A stretch of 64,000 bases of DNA from Gemmatales bacterium (GTDB lineage: Bacteria > Planctomycetota > Planctomycetia > Gemmatales > HRBIN36): positions 316,242 to 380,241 of the forward strand of contig JBEPZY010000003.1 of NCBI GenBank assembly GCA_041640595.1, read 5' to 3'. The notes beneath the pieces are model-generated. The model made no database searches and was not told the origin of the DNA. It worked only from the letters and a program-made list of their open reading frames with translations. Position 1 is the stretch's first letter. Each line of letters begins with the position of its first letter. Of the stretch, positions 20,936 to 30,563 are shown in pieces. Position numbers and translations under genes: made by a program.

Positions 20936-20976
20936 TAGTCAAATTGGCAGTAGCAGTCGTACTGCCTGATTGGCAG
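20936..20976. promoter_or_regulatory. Putative tandem operator upstream of clpB-hsp20-lon (CTGCC-N5-GGCAG-like)
   Basis: tagtc-aaatt-ggcag (20936-20950) and perfect ctgcc-tgatt-ggcag (20962-20976). Confidence 0.4.
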
Positions 20977-20995
20977 TTTCGCTGGCCGAGTCGGT

Positions 20996-22168
20996 TCAAG
21001 TCGGCTTGCGTTCGCTGGCCAGGACCTGAATCAGGCCGGCGGTGTAATCCACCAGATTTCCGCGTCGCTGGGCAATATCCACCAGCGGTCGGTAGTCGCC
21101 GAGCTTCTGGCACAGCTCGTAAATGGTCGGGCAGCTACCCAATTGTTGCGGGTCAGCCCGGGTGAGGTAACGAGCGTAAGCTTCGACGGCCTCCCGATGC
21201 CGACCTAATCGTTCCAGCAGACCAACGTAAACTGCCGCCGGGTAATACCCGACCTGTTCCAGATCGGCAGTTTCGGCCTTGTGGCGGAAATGTTCCAGTC
21301 CAGCCTCGACTTCTTCGCCCAGCAGTGTGCGGAAGTAAATGTGGTAGTCGAAATAAGTCTGCTCAAACGGCGGGTCGCCGGGATACTGAAACCTCGGATT
21401 GATGTGCTGTCCGTATTCGCACAATTCCACGGCCAGCCGCAATTCCTCGCACACCGGCAGGTAGTAGGCGAACTGCACCACGGACGACAGGTGCGAGGTG
21501 TCAATATGGTAAAAATCCTCGGCAAATAGCGTCTGTTCGCGTCCGCGGAGCAATTCGCGCACAGAAAGTTCCGGCGGCGGTTCGATTCCTTCACGCTGCG
21601 CGATGTCGGTTCGCAGACGTTCCCGCAATTCCTCGTAAAGCGCTCGCACCAGTTGCTTCAGGCAATCCACGCGGTCTTCCTGAGTGCCAGGAAAACCCTG
21701 CGAAAACGTCGTGATGGCATTGCAAATCCCGTAGTATTTCAGCACCCAGCGAAATCCCAGACGGGGATGGGCCCCTTCGTACAGAGCAATCTGAACGTAT
21801 TGCTGACACTGTTCCGGTTCCTGCGGTTCGACCTGCTCGAGAGCCTGAGCGATCTCCTGGTGTTCCTGGATCATGCGAAAGAAAGGCCAGGCAGAAACGA
21901 TATCCTGATTGGCCAGCGCCAGCCGACCCGCTTGCCGGGCTGCCTCGCGGATGCCCTGTTCGTAAGCCGGGGCCAGTTCCTCCGGCACATCGCTATCGAA
22001 ACGCGGCTGCACGGCCGGCAGACCCAGTTCCAGGCGTTTATCCAGCACCAGCGCATAAAAGTAGCCGGTATAATCCCGCCGCTGGCGCAGCTCCTCCAGT
22101 AACCGGGCCACTGCCGGGCGCGGACCTCGTTCGTGCACCAGGTTTTCCAATTCTTCGTAAATGCTCAT
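20996..22168 (-). CDS. Hypothetical alpha-helical (TPR-like) protein
   Basis: 390 aa ORF, AGGAG RBS, helical composition, host-like codon use. Confidence 0.75.
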   Translation of the reverse strand: MSIYEELENLVHERGPRPAVARLLEELRQRRDYTGYFYALVLDKRLELGLPAVQPRFDSDVPEELAPAYEQGIREAARQAGRLALANQDIVSAWPFFRMIQEHQEIAQALEQVEPQEPEQCQQYVQIALYEGAHPRLGFRWVLKYYGICNAITTFSQGFPGTQEDRVDCLKQLVRALYEELRERLRTDIAQREGIEPPPELSVRELLRGREQTLFAEDFYHIDTSHLSSVVQFAYYLPVCEELRLAVELCEYGQHINPRFQYPGDPPFEQTYFDYHIYFRTLLGEEVEAGLEHFRHKAETADLEQVGYYPAAVYVGLLERLGRHREAVEAYARYLTRADPQQLGSCPTIYELCQKLGDYRPLVDIAQRRGNLVDYTAGLIQVLASERKPT

Positions 22169-22246
22169 CGGCTCTCCTGAGCGCGGAGGCTGGACCGGCT
22201 CGCGCTGGCCGGGCCGGCAAAAGCACTGCCGCTCTACACTGACATG

Positions 22247-24277
22247 TTATTCCGATCCCGTAAGTTTCCAATTACTATCGAAAAGTCCGGCTCGCACCAC
22301 TTCGCAAGCCAGCGGATTGTCGCCAGCACTGAGCCGAAGCAGAGCGTAGTCGCCCAACCGGGGAAATAGCAGAGCGTTGGTCCCTTCAAAATCCGCGGCA
22401 TGGAAGGTGTGACCGCTGTTGATCACGACCAAGCGACCCGCCGCGAATGGGCTGGCGTAACACAGCACCGGCACATGATCCCGAGCGGGGTGAGTATGTC
22501 CGGCAAAGCGGAGACTCGTTTTGTCCCACGTCAACGGTAGCTGGTCGAGAATACCTGCCAGAATGCGGTTGGAGCCAGGATCGCCGAAGAGCACCACGTG
22601 ATGTCGAGCTAATACTTCGCTGGTGACCTCCACGTCCCGCACCATCGGAAGGTCCCCGCGCATGTATTTGCTCCACTCGCGCTGAAACCGCTTCAGCTCC
22701 GCCTGAGCATATTCTTCCACCCGCCGATTCCACGGTTGCCCCGTTCCCACCACGCACACAAACCGGGAGCGGAACGCCTGGTCTATCGGCCCGGCGGCAG
22801 AGCCAGTCTTGCGCATCTGGCGTACCTGGAAGTAGCTCAGCTGGGCCCAGGGTACAGCTTGCCATTGTCCATTTCGTTTCCATAACGTTACCGCGCGGAT
22901 TCGCCTGGGTCGCCAATCTCCGGTATCATTCACCACGTCCACCGCGGCCTCCACGCTTTGACCATCAATCTGGCAGTTCACCGTGGCAGCCGTGTGGTCA
23001 GACGGCAGCGTGATTCGTATGGCCCAGAGATTGTCCGTTTGCACCACGTAGCGGTTTCCGTCCCAGTGAGCATCTACTCGACTGGCCTGGTAAAGGTTTT
23101 CCGGCACGACATGGATCCAGTGTGCCGTTGCATATTGCGGATGATAGGTAACAAAACGCACACGCTCTGGATAACGGGCTCGACCTGTTTGGGCATGTTT
23201 GGCCTGCAACTGCAAAATGGTTCTCAGCGACTCCGGATGATACCGATGCTCCGTCTTCGGCCCGATGATCAGGGTCATGGGAATCTTGAGAGGCTGAAGA
23301 CGAGCCGCGATATTCTTAGCTGCCTGAAGTTGCGGATCCAGTTCCCCGCCATACGCGACAATAGGCACGTTATAGGCATTCTCGGCGTATTCCACCGCAT
23401 CATATATCTTGAGACACGCCTCCTGATAAGGTGGTAACGGTTGCGGCAAGCCCTTGACATAACCATGCGTGGTCGTAAAGCCGGCCCCTGGACTTACTGA
23501 GCACCACAGGTGCGGATAATGTAAGCCCAGGTGCCAGGCTCCCGCTCCGCCCATCGAAAAACCACGCAGCACTACCCGATCGGGATCGAACACCTGCGGA
23601 AACCGCGCCGCCCAGTCATGCACCGCCTCCAGGACATCGCTTTCGCCGGCCCAGCGATAGGCATTATTTCCCCGACCATAGACGTGCAACTCTATATAAT
23701 CCCGTTCCTCGCCGGGCTTAGTGGTCGGATAGGAATATAGAAATTTCACCTCATTCAGCGTTGCGTCTCGCCCATGCAGAATCACATCAAGCCGATGTTG
23801 AGTCTGCTGTTTCGCTCCGAAACCGCGAGGCAGAACCACGATGTAAGGCTGCACGCTTCGATCGACATCCGAGAAATAACCCAGTGCAACCGGCCCGCCA
23901 GCCAGGAGCCAGGTTGGCTTGCCATGCTGAAGATAGTCATCCGCACGCCGGATCCCACGGTCTAAAATTTCTAATGTCCATTGCGGATATTCGGGACGAT
24001 ACCATTCTTGATGTTCGGTGATCCACCTGGCAGCCTTGTGGTATATCGAAATGTCAGCAAGTATAGTCAAGCCAGCCGGGCTGTTTTGCAGACCCAGTTG
24101 CTTGAGGCGTTCTTCGACCAGCTGGAGCTTTTTGTGAAGGAGATCCATTTTCTCCCGTATTCGTGCCTGAGTCGCTGCGTCTGGCGCATAGGATTTCTTT
24201 TGCAGGGCGCTCTGTGCCAGTAAAAGTGTGCAGGTCAGGGCACTTAGTGCTAATGCGAGACAGGTTCGTTTGTTCAT
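22247..24277 (-). CDS. Secreted alpha/beta-hydrolase (esterase/peptidase-like)
   Basis: Signal peptide; ILHGR, GFSMGG nucleophile, GELD, TEH. Confidence 0.82.
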   Translation of the reverse strand: MNKRTCLALALSALTCTLLLAQSALQKKSYAPDAATQARIREKMDLLHKKLQLVEERLKQLGLQNSPAGLTILADISIYHKAARWITEHQEWYRPEYPQWTLEILDRGIRRADDYLQHGKPTWLLAGGPVALGYFSDVDRSVQPYIVVLPRGFGAKQQTQHRLDVILHGRDATLNEVKFLYSYPTTKPGEERDYIELHVYGRGNNAYRWAGESDVLEAVHDWAARFPQVFDPDRVVLRGFSMGGAGAWHLGLHYPHLWCSVSPGAGFTTTHGYVKGLPQPLPPYQEACLKIYDAVEYAENAYNVPIVAYGGELDPQLQAAKNIAARLQPLKIPMTLIIGPKTEHRYHPESLRTILQLQAKHAQTGRARYPERVRFVTYHPQYATAHWIHVVPENLYQASRVDAHWDGNRYVVQTDNLWAIRITLPSDHTAATVNCQIDGQSVEAAVDVVNDTGDWRPRRIRAVTLWKRNGQWQAVPWAQLSYFQVRQMRKTGSAAGPIDQAFRSRFVCVVGTGQPWNRRVEEYAQAELKRFQREWSKYMRGDLPMVRDVEVTSEVLARHHVVLFGDPGSNRILAGILDQLPLTWDKTSLRFAGHTHPARDHVPVLCYASPFAAGRLVVINSGHTFHAADFEGTNALLFPRLGDYALLRLSAGDNPLACEVVRAGLFDSNWKLTGSE

Positions 24278-24345
24278 ACTGGATATCCTCCCGATATTAG
24301 TGGGGTCTGGCTTCTAAGTCCGGTTGAAAGAGCAGCACATAGAAT

Positions 24346-25740
24346 CTAGTCGGGCAGGCCTAATAAGTTAAGGAGCCAGTCACGGAAAGCGGTCATCGGC
24401 AGGGATGTTCCGGGAGATGGCCCGTCACTAATCAGTACCGGCCGATCGAGCGGATCGCTTGCCGCTAAGCCGTGGCTTCCGCCGACTAAACTCGCATCCA
24501 GAGGGATTACATCAAAAAGCACGCGAAAGCCCGATTTTTTTTGTAGCAAACGCCAGAGCAGTCGCCCTTTCGGCCACCAGAGTTGCGGATCGAAAAACAA
24601 TTCGCACGGATCAAAGCCGGGCTTGCGGTGAATATCCACCGTGGGAGCATAGTCCGGAGCGTGCTTATCGTCCAGCCAGAAGGGATAAGCGAACCAGCTA
24701 TCCGGTTCGGCCAGAAGGACTAATTCGCCGCTGCGGGGATGGTCTAAGCTGAGTTCAGCGCGAGCCTCACCGATTAACACACGAGCCACGCCGGGCACTT
24801 GAGCGACTAAGTCGGCAACTTCGGGCACTTGCTCAGGTTCGCGGATATAGAGGTGGCAAATCTGGTGATCGCAAACACCAAAGGCTAGGCTCTCGAACGT
24901 TTCTAGCTGTTCCCCAAACGGTCCCGGTCGCACCCGCAGATAGCCACGCTCACGGAGAATGCGGTTGATATAGACAGGTCGCCGAACGTCTAAATGTCCG
25001 TATTCGCTAACGACGACCAGACGTGCACCGAGCTGATTACTTGCATCCTGAATCCGGGCGAAGGCGTCATCCAGTTCGCGAAGCAGGCGGGGCAGCTCGG
25101 CCCGACTCGGACCATAACGCAGCAGGTCATAATCAAGGTGCGGGAGATAAACAAGTGTCAGGTCGGGACGATAGCGCTCTAATATCCACACCGTACAGCG
25201 GGCGATCCAATCGGTGCAGGCATAACCGGCTGCCGGGCCCCAGAAGGTCTCGAACGGGAATCGTCCTAATGCCGATTCCAGCTCCTGCGGTAAATGCTCC
25301 GGACGACCGGTGATGCCGAACACTTTGCTTCCATCCGCGCCATAGTAAGGCTTTGGAGTCACGCTATATTCGACGTCGGCTCCTTGATTGAACCACCAGA
25401 AGAGTTTGGCACATCGAAAAGTCTGACCGCGTCGCCGGGCCCGGTGCTTAGCAGTAACATAAAGCGGCTCGGCCTGGATGAGGCGGTTCGACTGCTGCCA
25501 GAAACGAACCTCCATCGTGTCGCGGTAAAGCCAGCCATTTGCGACGACGCCGTGTCTGTCGGGCGTGGTTCCAGTCAGGAGCGTAGCCTGAGCGGTGCAG
25601 GTAACGGCAGGGACGACCTCGATAAGGCTGCATTGCCAGCCCCGGTGGGCTAATTCGGCAATTCGCGGCGCCATCGGCACTAATCTTGCCGTTAGTCCCA
25701 CACACAGCACGACCACTACGGGCTGACGATCCGCAGGCAT
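24346..25740 (-). CDS. Alkaline phosphatase superfamily nucleotide pyrophosphatase/phosphodiesterase (EboF-like)
   Basis: PAVTCTAQAT, YLPHLDY, VSEYG, DIHRKPGFDP, GSHG. Confidence 0.85.
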   Translation of the reverse strand: MPADRQPVVVVLCVGLTARLVPMAPRIAELAHRGWQCSLIEVVPAVTCTAQATLLTGTTPDRHGVVANGWLYRDTMEVRFWQQSNRLIQAEPLYVTAKHRARRRGQTFRCAKLFWWFNQGADVEYSVTPKPYYGADGSKVFGITGRPEHLPQELESALGRFPFETFWGPAAGYACTDWIARCTVWILERYRPDLTLVYLPHLDYDLLRYGPSRAELPRLLRELDDAFARIQDASNQLGARLVVVSEYGHLDVRRPVYINRILRERGYLRVRPGPFGEQLETFESLAFGVCDHQICHLYIREPEQVPEVADLVAQVPGVARVLIGEARAELSLDHPRSGELVLLAEPDSWFAYPFWLDDKHAPDYAPTVDIHRKPGFDPCELFFDPQLWWPKGRLLWRLLQKKSGFRVLFDVIPLDASLVGGSHGLAASDPLDRPVLISDGPSPGTSLPMTAFRDWLLNLLGLPD

Positions 25741-26013
25741 AGCAGTTGAAAAAGGGGTTCTTGATAGAGCCGCCCGAGCTTAATATGCGCTTGCTTAGAA
25801 TGTTTCACCCGACGGTCCGTGATTTAGTGCGTTCAGCGAGCGAGATTTGACCCGGAGCCCAGCGGAGTCAAGGTCAGTATCGAATCACTGGGCATCGCAA
25901 GGGTAATGTTAGTATGCGGGTTCAAACTGGAGCAGCGGGTAGTAGCGAATCATTCAGGCATCGCCCGCAGTCTTGTTGGAAGGAGTCGGCGTCATGCGGA
26001 GAATACAGGGACC

Positions 26014-29000
26014 CTATTGCTGGCCCTGGAGTGTGGCGAGGAATTCTAATAAGTCGGCCGCCTGTTGCGGTGTCAGGTCGCGCAACAGCAATTCCGGCAT
26101 CATGGATTTCGGGGAAACCGCGAACCGTTCCACCTCAGCAACCGGAATGCGCACACGTTGTTCGGACGATACACGCAGCACTACTTCGCTATCGGTGCGG
26201 GAGACTAATAGTCCGACATAGATTTGGCCGGCCCTGGTTTCTAAAGTATAGGCGGCATATTGCGGGTCAATAAACTTAGAGGGTTCGAGGATGCTTTCGA
26301 GAATCTGGCGGCGACTATATTTTTTGCCGATGCTGCTTAGATCGGGTCCGAAATCACCGCCTCGACCGGCCACGCGGTGACATTGCGCACATTGCAGACC
26401 CGGATGCTCGAAGAACAGTCGCCGGCCACGCTCGGCGTTCCCCACAAGTGCGAGGATCTGTTCCGGGCGAATCGCCTGTCCAAGACGTGGAATACGCTGC
26501 TCCGGCGGAATCCACGACTCGAAAAGTTCGCGGATGACAGGATCGTTATGCTTCTGGGCCTGTTTGAGCAGTTCGGCACGCAGATTGGGAGCGGGAGGGT
26601 TTTCCAGCCAGTAGAGGTAAGCAGCCAGGGCTTTATCTGCGCTGGTAAATATAGAAGCAACGACCGCCGACGGATCAGAAGCGGCAGGGTTTAGCGTCGT
26701 TACATCTACGAGTGGCGGGATATTAGCATTCGGAGCGGATTTCGCTACTTCCGAATTAGGCGGCAGGGAGTTAATCCAGCGGCTGACTAATAAAATACCG
26801 TCGCGGTCGGCTAATACAGGCCCTAAATGGGGCATGTGTCCCGGCCCGGCTTTAGCAAGCCGATAGATGAGCACGGAGCGCCAGGCTTCGCCCGGAGCCA
26901 GGATGCGAGCCCGGGGAATATGGAACGTGCCCTGCACAGGCGGGACATTGAGAATCTTCATGGCCGACAGGGCAGTTCCGGCCTGTAAATCCAGGTCGGC
27001 AGTGCCCCCGGCACCGAATCGGTGGCAGTGAGCGCAGTTGACATGGAGATAGGAACGAGCCCGCTTATCGAGGGCAAATCGCTCATCGTGTACAGGTACT
27101 AACGGTTCTGGAATCCGAGGGGGACCAGGCTTCTTATCGGCTCGCACTAAGCGGAGTAAGCCGAGCTGCTGAAAAGCGTCCAGCTGATTATAGTCGCGAT
27201 TCTCCGGCCAGGGACGATTGAGTTGCAGGAGGTTGAAAGCCAGAGCAAAGTCGGCCCAGGGATTATGACAGGTCAGACACTCGCTTCGACTGGCATAACG
27301 CCAGCGCAGGCGGATCGGTTCGGGAAAAAGAGGCGGATAGGTGATCTTATATTCGCGCTCCAGTCCTTCTGCGGGGACTAAGTCGGCATCGGTCTGGCTA
27401 TCGTTCCACATATAGGTATAAGCTCGCCAGTCCGTGCCATCGTAATGAAGGATTTGCGTTTCGATAGCCCTGGGCACGGAGCGACCAGTATCGTCCAGGA
27501 CCGGAAGCGTTATATGCTTTAGCAGCACGCCGTCTTTAGGGAAGAATAGCTGACTGCGGAAAAAGGCGCCTGTCGGAAGTATAGGGTGATCGTAGATGAT
27601 CGCCTGGGAGTCATTGGGAAGGGCGAGCCAGTATTGGGAAGCAGCGGTGTCAAGCCACATGCGAGCGTTAATATCGAAAGGATAGACGCCGCTAGCTGAA
27701 CGCAGCGGCTTTAGTGAACTGAACAGCCCCGTGTGACTTAGTTTGCGTGGAAATTGGGCGGAAGTATCCGGTTGAGGATTGCGAACTAAATAATGGATAG
27801 TGCCTGGTTCGCCGTAACGGACGAAATAAAGTTCGCCCTCAGGGTCTTCCCCGAAGGCAACGATACGATAAGGCCCGCGAGCGATCTCGCGGTAACTAAG
27901 CAAACGGTCGCCGTCAAAACGGCACGCCCAGATGCGGCCGGTGACCCAGTCGCCGCAAATATAGTGGCCAGCTAATTCGGGTAAGCGCTGGCCGCGATAG
28001 ACGTAGCCCCCGGTGATAGAAGCGGCTTCGCTATGAGGAAGGGCAAGTTGCGGCGGAAGTATAGGTGTGGGGCCGCGACGGCTTTCCGGACGTACCGGTT
28101 GCGGTCCTTCCATGACCGACCAGCCATAATTGCCTCCTTTCTTGACGCGATAGATCATCTCCCAGCGTTCCCAACCGACATCGCCGACCCAGAGATCGCC
28201 GGTGCGGCGATCGAAACTCATACGCCAGGGGTTGCGAAAACCATAGGCCCAGATTTCGGGGCGTGCTCCGGGCGTGTGGAGAAAGGGATTATCGGGCGGA
28301 ATGCTATAAGGTTTGTCGCCGCTCGGCTCATCCACATTAATACGCAAAATGGAGCCGAGAAGGTCACTAATATCCTGTCCGGTATCGAGGCGGTCAGGCG
28401 GATTGGGATCGGTGCCGTCGCCGGTGGAAATATAGAGGTAGCCATCGGGGCCGAAATGCAGGTCGCCGCCATTATGTCCGCCCGCCAGCCAGGTGAGAAT
28501 CACCATTTCGCTTTTCGGATCGCAGCGGGGCGGGTCTAAGCTGGTAACGCGAAAACGCGAAACTCGGGTGCCATCAGCTAAGGCCTTACCATCCTTGCTG
28601 TCGAGAACGTAGCAGATATAGCAATAACGGTTTTCCTGGAATCGAGGATGAAAAGCGAGACCGTAAACGGCGGCAACTCCCTTGACGTTGGCGTTGGGCG
28701 ACCAGCTATGGATTTCCCTGGTCAAATCGAGGAACAGATCGGCACGCTCGACATCGGCATGGATAGGGAAGGAATATATGCGACCCGCCTGTTCGGCAAC
28801 GAAGAAGCGATTGATGCCAGGAGCACGGGCCAGCAATAACGGGTTGCGAAACTGCAACCGCGGAAAAGCCCGTTCGATGCGGTACGGCGGTGGTGGATCA
28901 GGTGAGCCATGCAGACGGGAAGTCGTCCAGGGTTGACGCTGAAGCGGCAGCTCAGCCGAACTGGTCAGCCGGACTGACAGGATGAGAATTCCCAGCAGGC

Positions 29001-29034
29001 TCAGCGTCAGCGATGCTGTCCAGATTGGTTTCAC
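26014..29034 (-). CDS. PQQ-dependent sugar dehydrogenase-like beta-propeller fused to heme-c domains
   Basis: HNGGDLHFGPDGYLY, YGFRNPWR; CLTCH, CAHCH and CAQCH. A GTG start at 29034 gives a signal peptide (track start 29109). Confidence 0.85.
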   Translation of the reverse strand: MKPIWTASLTLSLLGILILSVRLTSSAELPLQRQPWTTSRLHGSPDPPPPYRIERAFPRLQFRNPLLLARAPGINRFFVAEQAGRIYSFPIHADVERADLFLDLTREIHSWSPNANVKGVAAVYGLAFHPRFQENRYCYICYVLDSKDGKALADGTRVSRFRVTSLDPPRCDPKSEMVILTWLAGGHNGGDLHFGPDGYLYISTGDGTDPNPPDRLDTGQDISDLLGSILRINVDEPSGDKPYSIPPDNPFLHTPGARPEIWAYGFRNPWRMSFDRRTGDLWVGDVGWERWEMIYRVKKGGNYGWSVMEGPQPVRPESRRGPTPILPPQLALPHSEAASITGGYVYRGQRLPELAGHYICGDWVTGRIWACRFDGDRLLSYREIARGPYRIVAFGEDPEGELYFVRYGEPGTIHYLVRNPQPDTSAQFPRKLSHTGLFSSLKPLRSASGVYPFDINARMWLDTAASQYWLALPNDSQAIIYDHPILPTGAFFRSQLFFPKDGVLLKHITLPVLDDTGRSVPRAIETQILHYDGTDWRAYTYMWNDSQTDADLVPAEGLEREYKITYPPLFPEPIRLRWRYASRSECLTCHNPWADFALAFNLLQLNRPWPENRDYNQLDAFQQLGLLRLVRADKKPGPPRIPEPLVPVHDERFALDKRARSYLHVNCAHCHRFGAGGTADLDLQAGTALSAMKILNVPPVQGTFHIPRARILAPGEAWRSVLIYRLAKAGPGHMPHLGPVLADRDGILLVSRWINSLPPNSEVAKSAPNANIPPLVDVTTLNPAASDPSAVVASIFTSADKALAAYLYWLENPPAPNLRAELLKQAQKHNDPVIRELFESWIPPEQRIPRLGQAIRPEQILALVGNAERGRRLFFEHPGLQCAQCHRVAGRGGDFGPDLSSIGKKYSRRQILESILEPSKFIDPQYAAYTLETRAGQIYVGLLVSRTDSEVVLRVSSEQRVRIPVAEVERFAVSPKSMMPELLLRDLTPQQAADLLEFLATLQGQQ

Positions 29035-29516
29035 GTTGACCCGACCGATAGCGTGCTCCTGGTGATGGAGGTTCTTTGCCCTGGGCAGCAGGCAAGAATA
29101 TGCAGACATAGCAGGCTCGCATAGGGGGCGTGGGTCGCGTCGTTCGTGAGCAAGAGTGCAAAAGCAGGCAGCGTTTTACGCCTGGTGTCGCATGTGTCAG
29201 TGATAGTGCTACCGGAAGGATGGTAAAGCAAGCGGTATGCCGTGCGTTTATGGGTCGGCCTGGTGCACACTTCGCGGGATGAAAATGCCGGGCAGATGCG
29301 GTTCGGGCAATCAGCGCGGTACTGGGAAAGGAAAATGAGAATCGGTGGGAATGCCCACTTGAAACCAAGGGCGGCTGCGGCATAGTTTTTTATAGGAACC
29401 GACCTGCGGAAACCTTCCCGAACTTGCCCAACACCCGCGATTCGGTTGCCGATAGTAAGCCTGACAGCGAATGAATGACCGATACTCCTGCGCGAAAGTC
29501 CGAGGAGGGAACAACG

Positions 29517-30503
29517 ATGCGTCCAGGCTCGCGCTGGTGTGAGTGGTGGTTGCGGATGGGGCGTATTGGTTTGATGGGCCTGTGTCTGGCGGTGTGGTTG
29601 GCGGCGTTGGCGCCGGCGTGGACCGAACCGCAGCCGGACGCCGCGGTTCACGAAAGGCTGAAGGAATTGCGGCAGGTGCAGGAGCGTGTGCAGGCGGTCG
29701 TGAAGAAGGTTACGCCTGCTGTGGTGGCGGTGCTTGCCAATCCCGGACAGGGAAGCGGAGTAGTGGTAACGCCTGACGGCTACGTCCTGACTGCGGGGCA
29801 CGTATCGGGCAAGCCCAACCGCGAGGTAACCGTTGTCTTTCCCGACGGCAAGCGAGCACGGGGCAAGACTCTCGGTATGCATCCGCAGATGGACAGCGGC
29901 CTGATTAAGCTGGAGGGAGATGGTCCCTGGCCGCACGTAGCGATGGGCGATGTGTCGCGGATGCGGTTGGGGGATTGGGTGGTGGCGATCGGTCATCCGG
30001 GTGGATTTCGGCCAGGGCGTGCTCCTGTGGTACGGGTGGGCCGGGTGATTCGCATTACGCCGCAGCTGGTGCAGACTGATTGCACGCTGGTGGGCGGAGA
30101 TTCCGGTGGGCCGTTGTTCGATTTGGACGGCAAGGTGGTGGGCATCCATAGCCGAATCGGTCCGGAAATTGGCATCAACATCCATGTACCGGTCAATACC
30201 TACCGCGACACCTGGGAAGCCCTGGCGGAAGGTAGGGTTCTGGGATTGGCGTACCTGGGAGTTCGCGGGGATGAATCGGCCGAGCAGGCGAAGATTCTGG
30301 AAGTGCAACCGGATTCGCCGGCCGCCAAAGCCGGTCTGCAGCCCAACGATATCATTCTGAGCGTGGATGGCAGGAAAGTTACGGATTACCGCAGCTTCCG
30401 GTCGCTGTTGCAGCAGAAACGGCCTGGCGAGGTCGTCCGTCTCGAAGTGCAACGCGGCAACGAGAAGCTCGAACTGAAGGTGAAACTCGGTTCGTTGCAG
30501 TAA
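29517..30503 (+). CDS. HtrA/S1C trypsin-like serine protease with PDZ domain
   Basis: VLTAGHV, DSG and GGDSGGPL triad; C-terminal PDZ; GAGGAGG RBS before ATG 29517. Confidence 0.9.
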   Translation: MRPGSRWCEWWLRMGRIGLMGLCLAVWLAALAPAWTEPQPDAAVHERLKELRQVQERVQAVVKKVTPAVVAVLANPGQGSGVVVTPDGYVLTAGHVSGKPNREVTVVFPDGKRARGKTLGMHPQMDSGLIKLEGDGPWPHVAMGDVSRMRLGDWVVAIGHPGGFRPGRAPVVRVGRVIRITPQLVQTDCTLVGGDSGGPLFDLDGKVVGIHSRIGPEIGINIHVPVNTYRDTWEALAEGRVLGLAYLGVRGDESAEQAKILEVQPDSPAAKAGLQPNDIILSVDGRKVTDYRSFRSLLQQKRPGEVVRLEVQRGNEKLELKVKLGSLQ

Positions 30504-30563
30504 AACGCTCCGGGTGGGTCGCCGACAAGGAAACAACAACGACGGCTCTTTTTCACTCGCAGC

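Noticed and set aside
20944..20970. CIRCE (HrcA) element
   Set aside because: The arms resemble TTGGCAGT but the spacing is 7 rather than 9 and the right arm is imperfect. Kept only as an unnamed motif.
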